A stretch of DNA of 43,024 nt from an uncultured Enterobacteriaceae bacterium (lineage in GTDB: Bacteria > Pseudomonadota > Gammaproteobacteria > Burkholderiales > SG8-39). Shown piece after piece: positions 1-8,700 of this stretch. The notes under the pieces are model-generated. The model had not been told where the DNA came from. It made no database searches and saw only the letters and a program-made list of their open reading frames with translations. Position 1 is the first letter of the stretch; each line of letters begins with the position of its first letter. The translations under genes were made by a program, and so were the position numbers. The stretch covers positions 1-43,024 of the forward strand of contig CAZLUX010000004.1 in assembly GCA_964562815.1 (NCBI GenBank). Reading direction: 5' to 3'.

Positions 1-774
1 ATCACCGGCGACACCGGAACCACTCCTTACGGCGGCGGCACCTGGGCCTCGCGCGGAGCGGGCATCGGCGGCGAGGCGGTGCTGCAGGCCGGCAAGGCGC
101 TGCGCTCGAACATCCTCGATCTCGCCGCGGCGATGCTGAACGAGGACAAGGCACTGCTCGACGTGGCCGGCGACGCCGTCGTCAGCCGCGCCAGCGGCGA
201 GACGAAGCTGCCGCTTGCGGAGGTCGGGCGCGTCGGCTACTTCCGCCCCGATACCCTGCCGCCGAAATTCCAGTCCGAGCTCACCGTCACGCGCCACTAC
301 ACGCCACGCGAATATCCCTTCACCTTCACCAACGGCATCCAGGCCTCGCTGGTCGAGGTCGACCTCGACACCGGGTTCGTGAAGCTGCTCAAGCACTGGT
401 GCGTCGAGGACTGCGGCACCGTGATCAACCCGATGCTGGTCGACGAGCAGATCCGCGGCGGCATCGTGCAGGGCATCGGCGCCGCGCTGTGGGAGGAATG
501 CGTGTACGACGAGAGCGGCCAGCTGCTCAACGGCAACCTGGCCGACTACCTGGTGCCGATGTCGGGCGAGATTCCCGACATCGTCATCGCGCACGTCTCG
601 ACGCCGACCCGCACTTCCGAGCTCGGTGCGAAGGGCGTCGGCGAGGCCGGCACCGCGGGCGCGCCGGCGGCAGTGATGAACGCGATCAACGACGCGCTCG
701 CGCCTCTCGGGGCGCGCGTCGCGGCGCAACCCTGTTCCCCCGAACGCGTGCTGCGCGCGCTCGGCAAGGTCTAG
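1..774 (+). CDS. Xanthine dehydrogenase / aldehyde oxidase / CoxL-family molybdopterin-binding subunit, C-terminal fragment (5' end outside the window)
   Basis: Frame 1 is open from position 1 (ITGDTGTTPYGGGTWASRGAGIGG...). The C-terminal region has family motifs: WCVEDCGTVINPMLVDEQIRGGIVQGIG and ELGAKGVGEAGTAGAPAAVMNAINDAL. Stop TAG at 772-774. Confidence 0.85.
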   Translation: MTGDTGTTPYGGGTWASRGAGIGGEAVLQAGKALRSNILDLAAAMLNEDKALLDVAGDAVVSRASGETKLPLAEVGRVGYFRPDTLPPKFQSELTVTRHYTPREYPFTFTNGIQASLVEVDLDTGFVKLLKHWCVEDCGTVINPMLVDEQIRGGIVQGIGAALWEECVYDESGQLLNGNLADYLVPMSGEIPDIVIAHVSTPTRTSELGAKGVGEAGTAGAPAAVMNAINDALAPLGARVAAQPCSPERVLRALGKV

Positions 775-1229
775 CCGGGCAGGTCGGAGGCCATCAGCTC
801 GGGGCGGATGCCGCGCGCCTCGCTGTTGGCGAAGTTGAGCTCGACCTTGACCCCGTTGGGGTCGAAAAGAAAGAGCTGATAGAGCCCCTGGTCGTCCACC
901 TGACGGCGCTTGAACGGCACGCCGAGCGCGCTGAGGTGCTCGAGCATCTGCGCCAGGCCGGTGCAGCGAAACGCCACGTGATCGATCACCCCGCTGCCCT
1001 CGGTCGCCGCCGATTCCTGGCCGACGTAGCGCTTGCGGTTCTCCGAGACCTGCGCGCCGCCCTCGGTGACGTGGATGACGTCCTGGTCGCCGAGGTAGAG
1101 CCAGCACACCGGAAACTTGAAGTCCGGATTGGGGCCGACGCGAAAACCGAGCACGCGCACGTACCAGTCGCGCGTGGCCGCCATGTCGGCGGTCTGGATC
1201 AGGACGTGCTCGATGTGGCTCAGCGGCAT
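771..1229 (-). CDS. VOC family protein (glyoxalase / bleomycin resistance / extradiol dioxygenase fold)
   Basis: 152 aa, ATG at 1227-1229. Begins MPLSHIEHVLIQTADMAATRDWYVRVLGF and contains IDHVAFRC. Size and motifs are typical of a single-domain VOC protein. Convergent 4-nt overlap with the upstream molybdoenzyme gene. Confidence 0.8.
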   Translation of the reverse strand: MPLSHIEHVLIQTADMAATRDWYVRVLGFRVGPNPDFKFPVCWLYLGDQDVIHVTEGGAQVSENRKRYVGQESAATEGSGVIDHVAFRCTGLAQMLEHLSALGVPFKRRQVDDQGLYQLFLFDPNGVKVELNFANSEARGIRPELMASDLPG

Positions 1230-1269
1230 CGCGGTATTCTAAGGCCATCCGGCATTCGAGGAGGCGGCG

Positions 1270-2160
1270 GTGGCGCAATCGATCGGCATTTGCGGGCTCG
1301 GCATCATGGGATCGGCGATGGGGGCGAACCTGGTTCGCGCGGGGTTCAAGGTGGCCGGCTACGATCCGCTGCCGCGCGCGCGGCGGGCGCTCGTGCGGGC
1401 GGGTGGAAGGGCGCTCGGCTCGAACGGCGAGCTCGCGCGGCGCTGCGAGATCGTCATCACTTCGCTGCCCTCGGCCGCGGCGCTCGAGGCGGCCGCGCGC
1501 GAGCTCGCCGGGCGCGCACGGCGGGGGCTGCTGGTGATCGAAACCAGCACGCTGCCGATCGAGGCCAAGGAGCGCGCGCGCAGGGTGCTCGCCGCGGCCG
1601 GCGCGACCCTGCTCGACTGCCCGCTCTCGGGCACCGGCGCCCAGGCGCGCACGCGCGACCTGGCGGTCTACGCCAGCGGGCCGCGCGCCGCGGTGCGCCG
1701 CTGCGCGCCGGTCTTCGAGGGCTTCGCCCGCGCGCACTACTACGTCGGCGCGTTCGGCGCCGGCTCAAAGATGAAGTTCGTCGCCAACCTGCTGGTCGCG
1801 ATCCACAACGTCTCGGCGGCCGAGGCGCTGGTGCTCGGCAGGAAGGCGGGGCTCGATCCGGCGCTGGTCTACAAGGTGGTCGGCGACGGCGCCGGAAGCT
1901 CGCGCATGTTCCAGGTGCGCGGACCGATGATGGTGGCCGAAGACTACTCGGACGCGACCATGAAAGTCGAGATCTGGCAGAAGGACATGGCGATCATCGC
2001 CGACTTTGCGCGCTCGCTCGGCTGTCCGACGCCGCTCTTCAATGCCTCGGCGCCGCTTTACACGGCTGCGCTCGCGGCCGGGCGCGGCAAGCAGGACACG
2101 GCCGCGGTCCACGCCGTGCTGGGAGACATGGCGGGGCTGAAAAGGAGAAAGCGCCGTTAG
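1270..2160 (+). CDS. NAD(P)-dependent beta-hydroxyacid dehydrogenase (3-hydroxyisobutyrate / tartronate semialdehyde reductase family)
   Basis: 296 aa. GTG start with GGAGG 7-8 nt upstream. N-terminal Rossmann motif IGICGLGIMGSAMGANL and internal GAGSKMKFVANLL motif typical of the MmsB/GarR family. Confidence 0.85.
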   Translation: MAQSIGICGLGIMGSAMGANLVRAGFKVAGYDPLPRARRALVRAGGRALGSNGELARRCEIVITSLPSAAALEAAARELAGRARRGLLVIETSTLPIEAKERARRVLAAAGATLLDCPLSGTGAQARTRDLAVYASGPRAAVRRCAPVFEGFARAHYYVGAFGAGSKMKFVANLLVAIHNVSAAEALVLGRKAGLDPALVYKVVGDGAGSSRMFQVRGPMMVAEDYSDATMKVEIWQKDMAIIADFARSLGCPTPLFNASAPLYTAALAAGRGKQDTAAVHAVLGDMAGLKRRKRR

Positions 2161-3152
2161 TGTTCGATCGCCTCGGCCTTGCCGCTCTTCGCGGAACGGG
2201 CGATCGCCTCGAGCGCCGACACGGTCGCCAGCATCTCTTCGCGCGTCATCGGATACGGTGCACCGCCCTGCGCGGCTGCGGCGAACGCCTCCAGATTGGC
2301 GAGCACCGCGGGCGACGGCGGAATCTCGCGGCGCAAGGGGGGCTCGCCCCGCCGGCAAAGCGTGAGCATCCAGCCCTGCGGGCTCTCGGGGTGCGCTTTG
2401 TCGCGCACCTCGAACCAGCCTTTACTGCCGTAGACGGCGAAGCGGCCGTCGAACGGCGTGGCGAGGATCGCGCTGATGAGCGCGTGTCCGCCGCCGCGGA
2501 ACGTGAGCAGGGCGGCGAGCGTGTCGCCGTTCGCCAGGTGGCTGCCCAGCTGCCGGACGCTCGCAAAGGCTTTCTCGGGCTGACCGAGCACGCTCACCGA
2601 CAGGTCGACCAAGTGGATCCCGGTGGCGGTGAGCGGCCCGCCGGGCGCCTCGGCCGCCGACAGGCGCCAATTGTCGGCGGGCATGGCGAGAAACTTGTCC
2701 TGGCTGAAATTGGCCTCGATCTGAAGCGGCCGGCCGATCTCCCCGGCGGCGATCAGGCGCCGCAGCTCGGCGATCCCGGGCTCGAAGCGCCGTTCGTGTC
2801 CCACGCCAAGCACGACGCCGGCCGCCTCGCAGGCGGCGAGCGCGCGCTGCGCGTCGGCGCGCGTGAGCGAAAGGGGCTTTTCGCAGAACACGTGCCTGCC
2901 GGCGCGCGCGGCTTCGACGATCTGGTCCGCGTGCACGCTGTGCGGCGTGCAAAGCACGACGCCGCGCACGGCCGGATCGGCGAGCGCGTCGGCGAAGCCG
3001 GCCGAGCACGGTATTCCGTGCTGCGCCGCGAAAGCCGCGGCCTCCGGGCTCGGCTCGACCGCGCGCACCACGCGCAGCCGGGTGCTGCCGGCGAGCAGCG
3101 AAACGATGGTGCGGCCCCACCATCCCAGGCCGACGACCGCGACCTCCAGCAT
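2157..3152 (-). CDS. Gfo/Idh/MocA family oxidoreductase
   Basis: 331 aa. ATG at 3150-3152 preceded by GAAGGAGGG. N-terminus LEVAVVGLGWWGRT (Rossmann fold) and the EKP motif (HVFCEKPLSL) characteristic of the family. Confidence 0.85.
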   Translation of the reverse strand: MLEVAVVGLGWWGRTIVSLLAGSTRLRVVRAVEPSPEAAAFAAQHGIPCSAGFADALADPAVRGVVLCTPHSVHADQIVEAARAGRHVFCEKPLSLTRADAQRALAACEAAGVVLGVGHERRFEPGIAELRRLIAAGEIGRPLQIEANFSQDKFLAMPADNWRLSAAEAPGGPLTATGIHLVDLSVSVLGQPEKAFASVRQLGSHLANGDTLAALLTFRGGGHALISAILATPFDGRFAVYGSKGWFEVRDKAHPESPQGWMLTLCRRGEPPLRREIPPSPAVLANLEAFAAAAQGGAPYPMTREEMLATVSALEAIARSAKSGKAEAIEH

Positions 3153-3250
3153 AGCGAACCCTCCTTCGGCTTGAAGATTATAGGAGCACGCTGCGGTTGC
3201 GAAGTGATCGCTCGATCATTTAGCATCGCGGGAAACTTCCGGGAGACGAC

Positions 3251-5356
3251 GTGGGCCCCTATCTGGTCGGAGTGGACATCGGCGGCACGTTCACCGACTG
3301 CGTGGTGCTGGACGGCAAGGGGCGCATCACCGCCACCAAGTCGCCCTCCACGCCGGGCGATTTCGCCGAAGGTATGCTGGCCGCGCTCGGCGTCGCGGCC
3401 GAGCGGCTGGGGCTGTCTTTCGAGGACTTCTGCTCCCGCATCGGAGTGCTCACGCACGGCACGACGGTGGGGACGAACGCCCTGATCCAGCGCAAGGGCG
3501 CGAAGATCGGCCTGATCACGACCAGGGGTCACGAGGACGTCATCCACATCATGCGCGGCTCGCGTGGGGTCACTTCGCGCGACCTGCGCCAGGTGGTGCA
3601 CTTCCCCGAGAGCCGGAAGCCGGTGCCGATCGTTCCCAAGCGCCTGATCGAGGGCGTGTCGGAGCGCGTCGACTGCTTCGGCGAAGTGGTGGTGCCGCTC
3701 AACGAGGGGCAGGTCGAGGCGGCGGTGCGCCGGCTGCTGGAGCAGGGCGTGGGGGCGATCGCGGTCTGTTTCCTGTGGTCGTTCCGTCACCCGGAGCACG
3801 AGCTGCGCGTGAAGGAAATCGCGCGTCGCATCGCGCCGAAGCTGTTCGTGGCCTGCTCGGTCGAGATCGCGCCCAAATGGGGCGAGTACGAGCGCACGAC
3901 GGCGACCGCCCTCAACGCCTATATCGGCCCGGTGATGGCGCGCTACCTCGGCAACCTCGCCCGGCGGTTGAAGAGCGCCGGCTACCGCCAGCCGCTGCAG
4001 ATCGCCCAGTGCGGCGGCGGCTCGATCTCGGTCGACAAGGCGATGGGCTCGCCGCTGCTGACCCTGGACTCCGGTCCCGTGTCGGGCGTCACCGGCTCGG
4101 TCTACCTCGGCGCGTTGATGGGCATCGAGAACATCATCACCACCGACATGGGCGGAACCTCCTTCGACGTCGGCATCGTGCACGGCGGCCAGCCCCAGTA
4201 TTCCTTCGTCTCGAACGTCGCCCAGTACGAGTACTTCCTGCCCAAGGTGGACATCCAGGCGATCGGCTCGGGCGGCGGCTCGCTCGCGCGCGTGGAGCCC
4301 GTGACGCGCACGCTGCAGGTCGGACCCGAATCGGCCGGCGCCGACCCCGGACCCGCGTGCTACGGCAAAGGCGGCGAGATGCCGACCGTGACCGACGCCG
4401 ACGTGGTGCTCGGTTACATCAACCCGGACAACTTCCTCGGCGGGCGCATCCGGCTCGACCGTGCGAGGGCGGTGGCCGCGGTGCAGAGGGTCGCCGACGG
4501 CCTCGGGCTGTCGCTGCACGAGACCGCGAGCGGCATCGCGCGGGTGGCGGAGTTCAAGATGGCCGACATCATCCGCAAGATGACGGTAGAGAAGGGCTTC
4601 GACCCGCGCGAGTTCACCCTGTTCGCCTTCGGCGGCGCGGGTCCGGCGCACGCCGGCGTGTTCGGCGCCGAGCTCGGCGTGAAGAGCGTGATCATCCCGC
4701 AAAAGGAGATTGCGTCCACCTGGTGCGCCTTCGGCGCCGCTTCCGCCGACATGCTGCACGTGTACGAGCATACCGACATCCAGTCGAGCCCGTTCAGCGC
4801 CGCCCGCGTCAATCGTGCGCTCGGAGAGCTCGAGCGTCGCGCGCACGAGCAGATGCGCAAGGACGGAATCGCGCCCGCCCGGCGCCGCCTCGCGTTTTCG
4901 CTCGACATGCGCCATCGCGGCCAGATCAACGAGGTCGAGGTGCGGCTGCCGGACGGGCGCCTGAAGGGCGATTTCGGCGACCGGCTCGCGGCGCGGTTCT
5001 ATGCGCGCTACGAGCAGCTCTACGGCAAGGGCTCCTCCTACCGCGGTGCGCGGCTCGAGATCGTCACGCTGCGCCTGCGCGCGAGCGCCGCCACGCCGCG
5101 GCCGAAGCTGCCGCGCGCAAAGGCGCTGAGCGCGCGGGTCGCGCCGTCGGCCTCGAGGGGACGCCGGGACATCTACTGGCCCGACTTCAAGCGCGTCGTG
5201 GCCACGCCGATCTACGATGGCGCGCGCCTCAAGCCGGGCAACCGGATCGCCGGCCCGGCCGTGATTGAGACCACCGACACCACGATCGTGGTCTATCCCA
5301 AGCGCAGGCTGCGCGTGGACGCCTTCGGCAACTTCGAGATGCACTTCGCAAAATAG
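3251..5356 (+). CDS. Hydantoinase/oxoprolinase family protein, A-type subunit (HyuA / acetone carboxylase beta-like)
   Basis: 701 aa. N-terminus LVGVDIGGTFTDCVVLD and internal TTDMGGTSFDVG are the two ASKHA ATPase motifs of the Hydantoinase_A family. Length matches AcxA/HyuA-type subunits. Confidence 0.9.
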   Translation: MGPYLVGVDIGGTFTDCVVLDGKGRITATKSPSTPGDFAEGMLAALGVAAERLGLSFEDFCSRIGVLTHGTTVGTNALIQRKGAKIGLITTRGHEDVIHIMRGSRGVTSRDLRQVVHFPESRKPVPIVPKRLIEGVSERVDCFGEVVVPLNEGQVEAAVRRLLEQGVGAIAVCFLWSFRHPEHELRVKEIARRIAPKLFVACSVEIAPKWGEYERTTATALNAYIGPVMARYLGNLARRLKSAGYRQPLQIAQCGGGSISVDKAMGSPLLTLDSGPVSGVTGSVYLGALMGIENIITTDMGGTSFDVGIVHGGQPQYSFVSNVAQYEYFLPKVDIQAIGSGGGSLARVEPVTRTLQVGPESAGADPGPACYGKGGEMPTVTDADVVLGYINPDNFLGGRIRLDRARAVAAVQRVADGLGLSLHETASGIARVAEFKMADIIRKMTVEKGFDPREFTLFAFGGAGPAHAGVFGAELGVKSVIIPQKEIASTWCAFGAASADMLHVYEHTDIQSSPFSAARVNRALGELERRAHEQMRKDGIAPARRRLAFSLDMRHRGQINEVEVRLPDGRLKGDFGDRLAARFYARYEQLYGKGSSYRGARLEIVTLRLRASAATPRPKLPRAKALSARVAPSASRGRRDIYWPDFKRVVATPIYDGARLKPGNRIAGPAVIETTDTTIVVYPKRRLRVDAFGNFEMHFAK

Positions 5357-5364
5357 GAGCCGTC

Positions 5365-7650
5365 ATGCCGAGAGTGAGCGAGATGAAGGGCGCGGCGTTC
5401 GACGGCCGGGGCATGGGCTATGTGCCGCCGAAGACGCTCAAGGTGTCGAAGAAGCTCAAGCTCCACACCAGGCGCGCGCGGCGGATCGACCCGATCACCT
5501 ACGAGGTGGTGCGCCACAGCCTGTGGCACGTCAACGAGGAGCACGGCGCGACGATCCAGCGGCTGTCGGGATCGCCGGTGGCGATGTACGCGCTCGACCT
5601 CAATCCCTCGATCCTCGCCGAGGACGGCGAGTTCGTCTATTTCGGCCCTTATATGCAGTACATGTCCGGGGTCACCGACACCCAGGTCAAGTGGATCCTC
5701 GAGTACCGCTCGGACAACCCGGGGATCCGGGAGGGCGACATGTTCCTCGCCAACGATCCCTGGGTCGGCGCCGCGCACCAGCAGGACGTGATGCTGATCT
5801 GCCCGGTGTTCTGGAAGGGCGAGCTCTTCTGCTGGGTCACCAACTGCCTGCACCAGTACGACATCGGCGGCATCACGCCATCCTCGTTCTGCGGCTCGGC
5901 CGAGAACGCCTTCGAGGAGGGAATCCTCATTCCGCCGGTCAAGATCATAGAGAACAACGAGATCCGGCGCGACATCGAGGAGCTCTATCTGCGCGCCTCG
6001 CGCAAGCCCGAGTCGGTCGCGCTCGATTTCCGCGCCCAGCTCGCCGGCAACCTCACCGCGCGCGACCGCGTCCTGGCGCTGATCAGACGCTACGGCGCGG
6101 ACGTGGTCAAGGGCGTGATGAAGCAAATCATGGACAACGCCGAGCGCGCCTTCCTGGCCAAGCTGCGGCGGCTGCCGGACGGGGTGTGGCGCGAGCGCGC
6201 CTACGTCGAGTGCTGCCGGCCGGGCGACCGGCGCACCCACCGCGTATGCCTCGCCCTGACCAAGAAGGGCGACCGGCTCATCTTCGACAACGACGGCACC
6301 GCGCCGCAGGACGGCGCGATGAACGCCACTTATTCCGGCTGGCGCGGCTCGATCATGGTGGCGCTCAACCAGCTACTGTGCTGGGACCAGTACTTCTGCA
6401 TCGGCGGCGCGCTGCGCCACGTCGAATTCGACCCGACGCCGGGAACCTTCAACTGCGCGAACTTCCCGGCTTCGGTGTCGACGGCGCCGGTGCAGGCGAT
6501 GGAGATCTCGCTCTACCCGGCCTACAACGTGCTCTCGAAGATGATCTACGGCGACGCCGAAATGCGCGGGGACATCATGTGCATCGGCGGCACGAGCCAG
6601 TGGCCGGCGACGATCTTCCGCGGCACCGACCAGTGGGGCGAGCGTTACGGCTATCTGCTGGTGGATCCGATCGGCGGCGCGATCGGCGCGTTCTCGAACG
6701 GCGACGGTATCAACACCGGTGGCCAGTCCCGCACGCCGATCTGCAAGCTGCCCAACGTCGAGCACACCGAGCAGACCTTTCCGCTGCTGTTCCTGTACCG
6801 CAAGGAAGTGGTCGACTCGGGCGGCGCGGGGAAGTGGCGCGGCGGCATGTCGGCCGAGTCCTGCTTTGTGCCGCACCGCACCGAGCGCATCACCCACGAC
6901 ACGCTCTCCTCGGGCAACGCGACGCCGACCTCGCCGGGAATGATGGGCGGCTATCCGGGCAGCGTGAACGCCTACAAGTTCCGCCGCGGCACCGACGTGA
7001 AGAAGCGCCTGCAGCGGCGCGAGATGATTTCCGACATCGCCGAGCTCGACGGGCGCGACGAGGTGCTGCAGCTGCGCCAGGAGAACTTCCAGCAGGAGCC
7101 GGAAGACGTCTATGCGGTGCTGTGGTCCGCCGCCGGCGGCTACGGCGATCCGTTCGAGCGCGATCCCGAGCGGGTGCGCGAAGACGTGGTCGAGAACCTG
7201 GCCGTGTCGCGCGACGCGGCGCGGGAAATCTACGGCGTGGTGATCGGCGAGCAGGGCACGCTCGACCTCGAAACCACCCGCCAGTTGCGCGCCGAGCAGC
7301 GCGCGCGGCGGCTCCGCAAGGGCGCTCCTCCGGATGTTCTCGCCGGCAAAGTCGCGGCCCGCGCGAGCGAGAATCTGGACCTGCGCCGGGAGCGGGGCGG
7401 GCTGCGCTACGCCTGCGCCAAGTGCGCCGCCGACCTCGGCGCCGTGCGCGACAACTACAAGGACCAGTGCGTGGTGGAGGAGCGCGACATCGCCGCCGCC
7501 AACCCGAACATCGGCGACTGGCGCCGCTACATCGACGACCGGCCCGTGTTCCGGCAGTTCTACTGCCCCGGCTGCGGCGCCCTGATCGAGAACGAGGTCG
7601 CGCGCGCCGACGACCCGGTGCTGCGCGACATCGAATTGAAACTCAAATAA
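5365..7650 (+). CDS. Hydantoinase B/oxoprolinase family protein (HyuB / acetone carboxylase alpha-like) with a C-terminal Cys-rich gamma-subunit-like extension
   Basis: 761 aa. ATG at 5365 with AGGAG 6 nt upstream, 8 nt after the A-subunit stop. DPITYEVVRHSLWHVNEEHG is typical of the Hydantoinase_B N-terminus. The C-terminal roughly 110 aa carries CAKC ... CPGCG. Confidence 0.9.
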   Translation: MPRVSEMKGAAFDGRGMGYVPPKTLKVSKKLKLHTRRARRIDPITYEVVRHSLWHVNEEHGATIQRLSGSPVAMYALDLNPSILAEDGEFVYFGPYMQYMSGVTDTQVKWILEYRSDNPGIREGDMFLANDPWVGAAHQQDVMLICPVFWKGELFCWVTNCLHQYDIGGITPSSFCGSAENAFEEGILIPPVKIIENNEIRRDIEELYLRASRKPESVALDFRAQLAGNLTARDRVLALIRRYGADVVKGVMKQIMDNAERAFLAKLRRLPDGVWRERAYVECCRPGDRRTHRVCLALTKKGDRLIFDNDGTAPQDGAMNATYSGWRGSIMVALNQLLCWDQYFCIGGALRHVEFDPTPGTFNCANFPASVSTAPVQAMEISLYPAYNVLSKMIYGDAEMRGDIMCIGGTSQWPATIFRGTDQWGERYGYLLVDPIGGAIGAFSNGDGINTGGQSRTPICKLPNVEHTEQTFPLLFLYRKEVVDSGGAGKWRGGMSAESCFVPHRTERITHDTLSSGNATPTSPGMMGGYPGSVNAYKFRRGTDVKKRLQRREMISDIAELDGRDEVLQLRQENFQQEPEDVYAVLWSAAGGYGDPFERDPERVREDVVENLAVSRDAAREIYGVVIGEQGTLDLETTRQLRAEQRARRLRKGAPPDVLAGKVAARASENLDLRRERGGLRYACAKCAADLGAVRDNYKDQCVVEERDIAAANPNIGDWRRYIDDRPVFRQFYCPGCGALIENEVARADDPVLRDIELKLK

Positions 7651-7660
7651 GGAAGATACC

Positions 7661-7987
7661 GTGATCCACGAACTTCGCGTCTACCACTGCGTCCCCGGTC
7701 GGCTGCCCGACCTGAACCGCCGCTTCGAGACCGTCACGCTGAAGCTGTGGGACAAGCACGGCATCCGCCCGCTCGGTTTCTGGACCACGCTGATCGGCAC
7801 CGACCATCAGGCGCTTCACTACCTGCTCGAATGGGACAGCCTGGCCGAGCGCGAGCGGCGCTGGAGCGCCTTTCAGAGCGACCCGGACTGGATCTCGGCG
7901 CGGGCGGAAACGGAGAAGGGTGGACAGATCGTCGCCCGCATCGAAAACCAGATTCTGGTTCCGACGGCCTACTCGAAGCTGCGCTGA
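7661..7987 (+). CDS. NIPSNAP family protein
   Basis: 108 aa. GTG start with AAGGAAG upstream, 10 nt after the hyuB-like stop. Begins MIHELRVYHCVPGRLPDLNRRFE and contains GFWTT..G...QALHYLLEWDSLAERERRWSAF, the typical NIPSNAP/dimeric alpha-beta barrel signature. Confidence 0.75.
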   Translation: MIHELRVYHCVPGRLPDLNRRFETVTLKLWDKHGIRPLGFWTTLIGTDHQALHYLLEWDSLAERERRWSAFQSDPDWISARAETEKGGQIVARIENQILVPTAYSKLR

Positions 7988-8011
7988 ATGGCGCCCGCCG
8001 CCGGCCGGGCC

Positions 8012-8641
8012 TCAGCGGCCGCCGAACAGCATCATCGTGGCGCCGATCGCCGGAACCAGCGCGCCGAGCGCAATCAGAGTCCCCGCGATGCGGGGATAGG
8101 CGCGCACCACGTTGTCGATCGTCAGATCCATCGCGTCGGCCTTTCTCGCCAGCCGGCGGGCCGAAATCCAGCGGTTGGCGCGGGCGGCCAGCGGCTCCAG
8201 CATTTGCGGGAAGAACGCGAGCACGACGCCGATCGCGAGCGCGATGGCGTTCGCTGCGATCAGCGCCCAGCGAATGCTGTTGGCGAACCACAGCAGCGGC
8301 GCCATCGAGCCGCTGGTCGTCAGCACCGCGGTAAGATCCGCTGCGCCGACCCGCAGAAGCAGGAAGTACAGTGAAAACAAGGCACCGATGAGGACCGCGA
8401 CACCAAGCCCCCGTGGGTGCCGGCGTGCGCCTTGCTCGACGTCGTGCGGGATCTCGAGCGGCCTCAGTGCAGGCCGGATCGAGGTCCACTGATTCAGCCG
8501 GTCGAGCAAGCGCAGCGCCGATTCGTTGCGCGCGATCAACGCCAGTCCGAGGAGCACGCCGACGACGCCGACGATGAGAACGAAGACGAGAACCGACGGA
8601 ACCACCACATGAGCGACGAAATAATTGTTCCAGAACCGCAT
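8012..8641 (-). CDS. Hypothetical integral membrane protein
   Basis: The ORF runs 8012..8719. I prefer the internal ATG at 8639-8641 because it is preceded by GAGGGAG. The product (MRFWNNYFVAHVVVPSVLVFVLIVGVVGVLLGLALIA...) has several hydrophobic helices. I recognise no family. Confidence 0.6.
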   Translation of the reverse strand: MRFWNNYFVAHVVVPSVLVFVLIVGVVGVLLGLALIARNESALRLLDRLNQWTSIRPALRPLEIPHDVEQGARRHPRGLGVAVLIGALFSLYFLLLRVGAADLTAVLTTSGSMAPLLWFANSIRWALIAANAIALAIGVVLAFFPQMLEPLAARANRWISARRLARKADAMDLTIDNVVRAYPRIAGTLIALGALVPAIGATMMLFGGR

Positions 8642-8700
8642 GTCTCCCTCGCCCTTTGCCGGATGAAGCGGGTTGCGATCGATTCTAGCCCTTTCCGACC

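Noticed and set aside
399-3485. A 1028-aa plus-strand ORF crossing four annotated genes.
   Set aside because: It runs off-frame or antisense through genes with clear family motifs. The product is Arg/Gly/Ala-rich with no domain signature.
2753-5344. An 863-aa minus-strand ORF antisense to the hydantoinase A gene. The 497-aa (3775..5268) and 799-aa (5265..7664) plus-strand alternative frames were considered too.
   Set aside because: The HyuA and HyuB frames carry canonical ATPase and Hydantoinase_B motifs and good RBS/start contexts. The alternatives are Arg/Pro/Gly-rich frame shadows.
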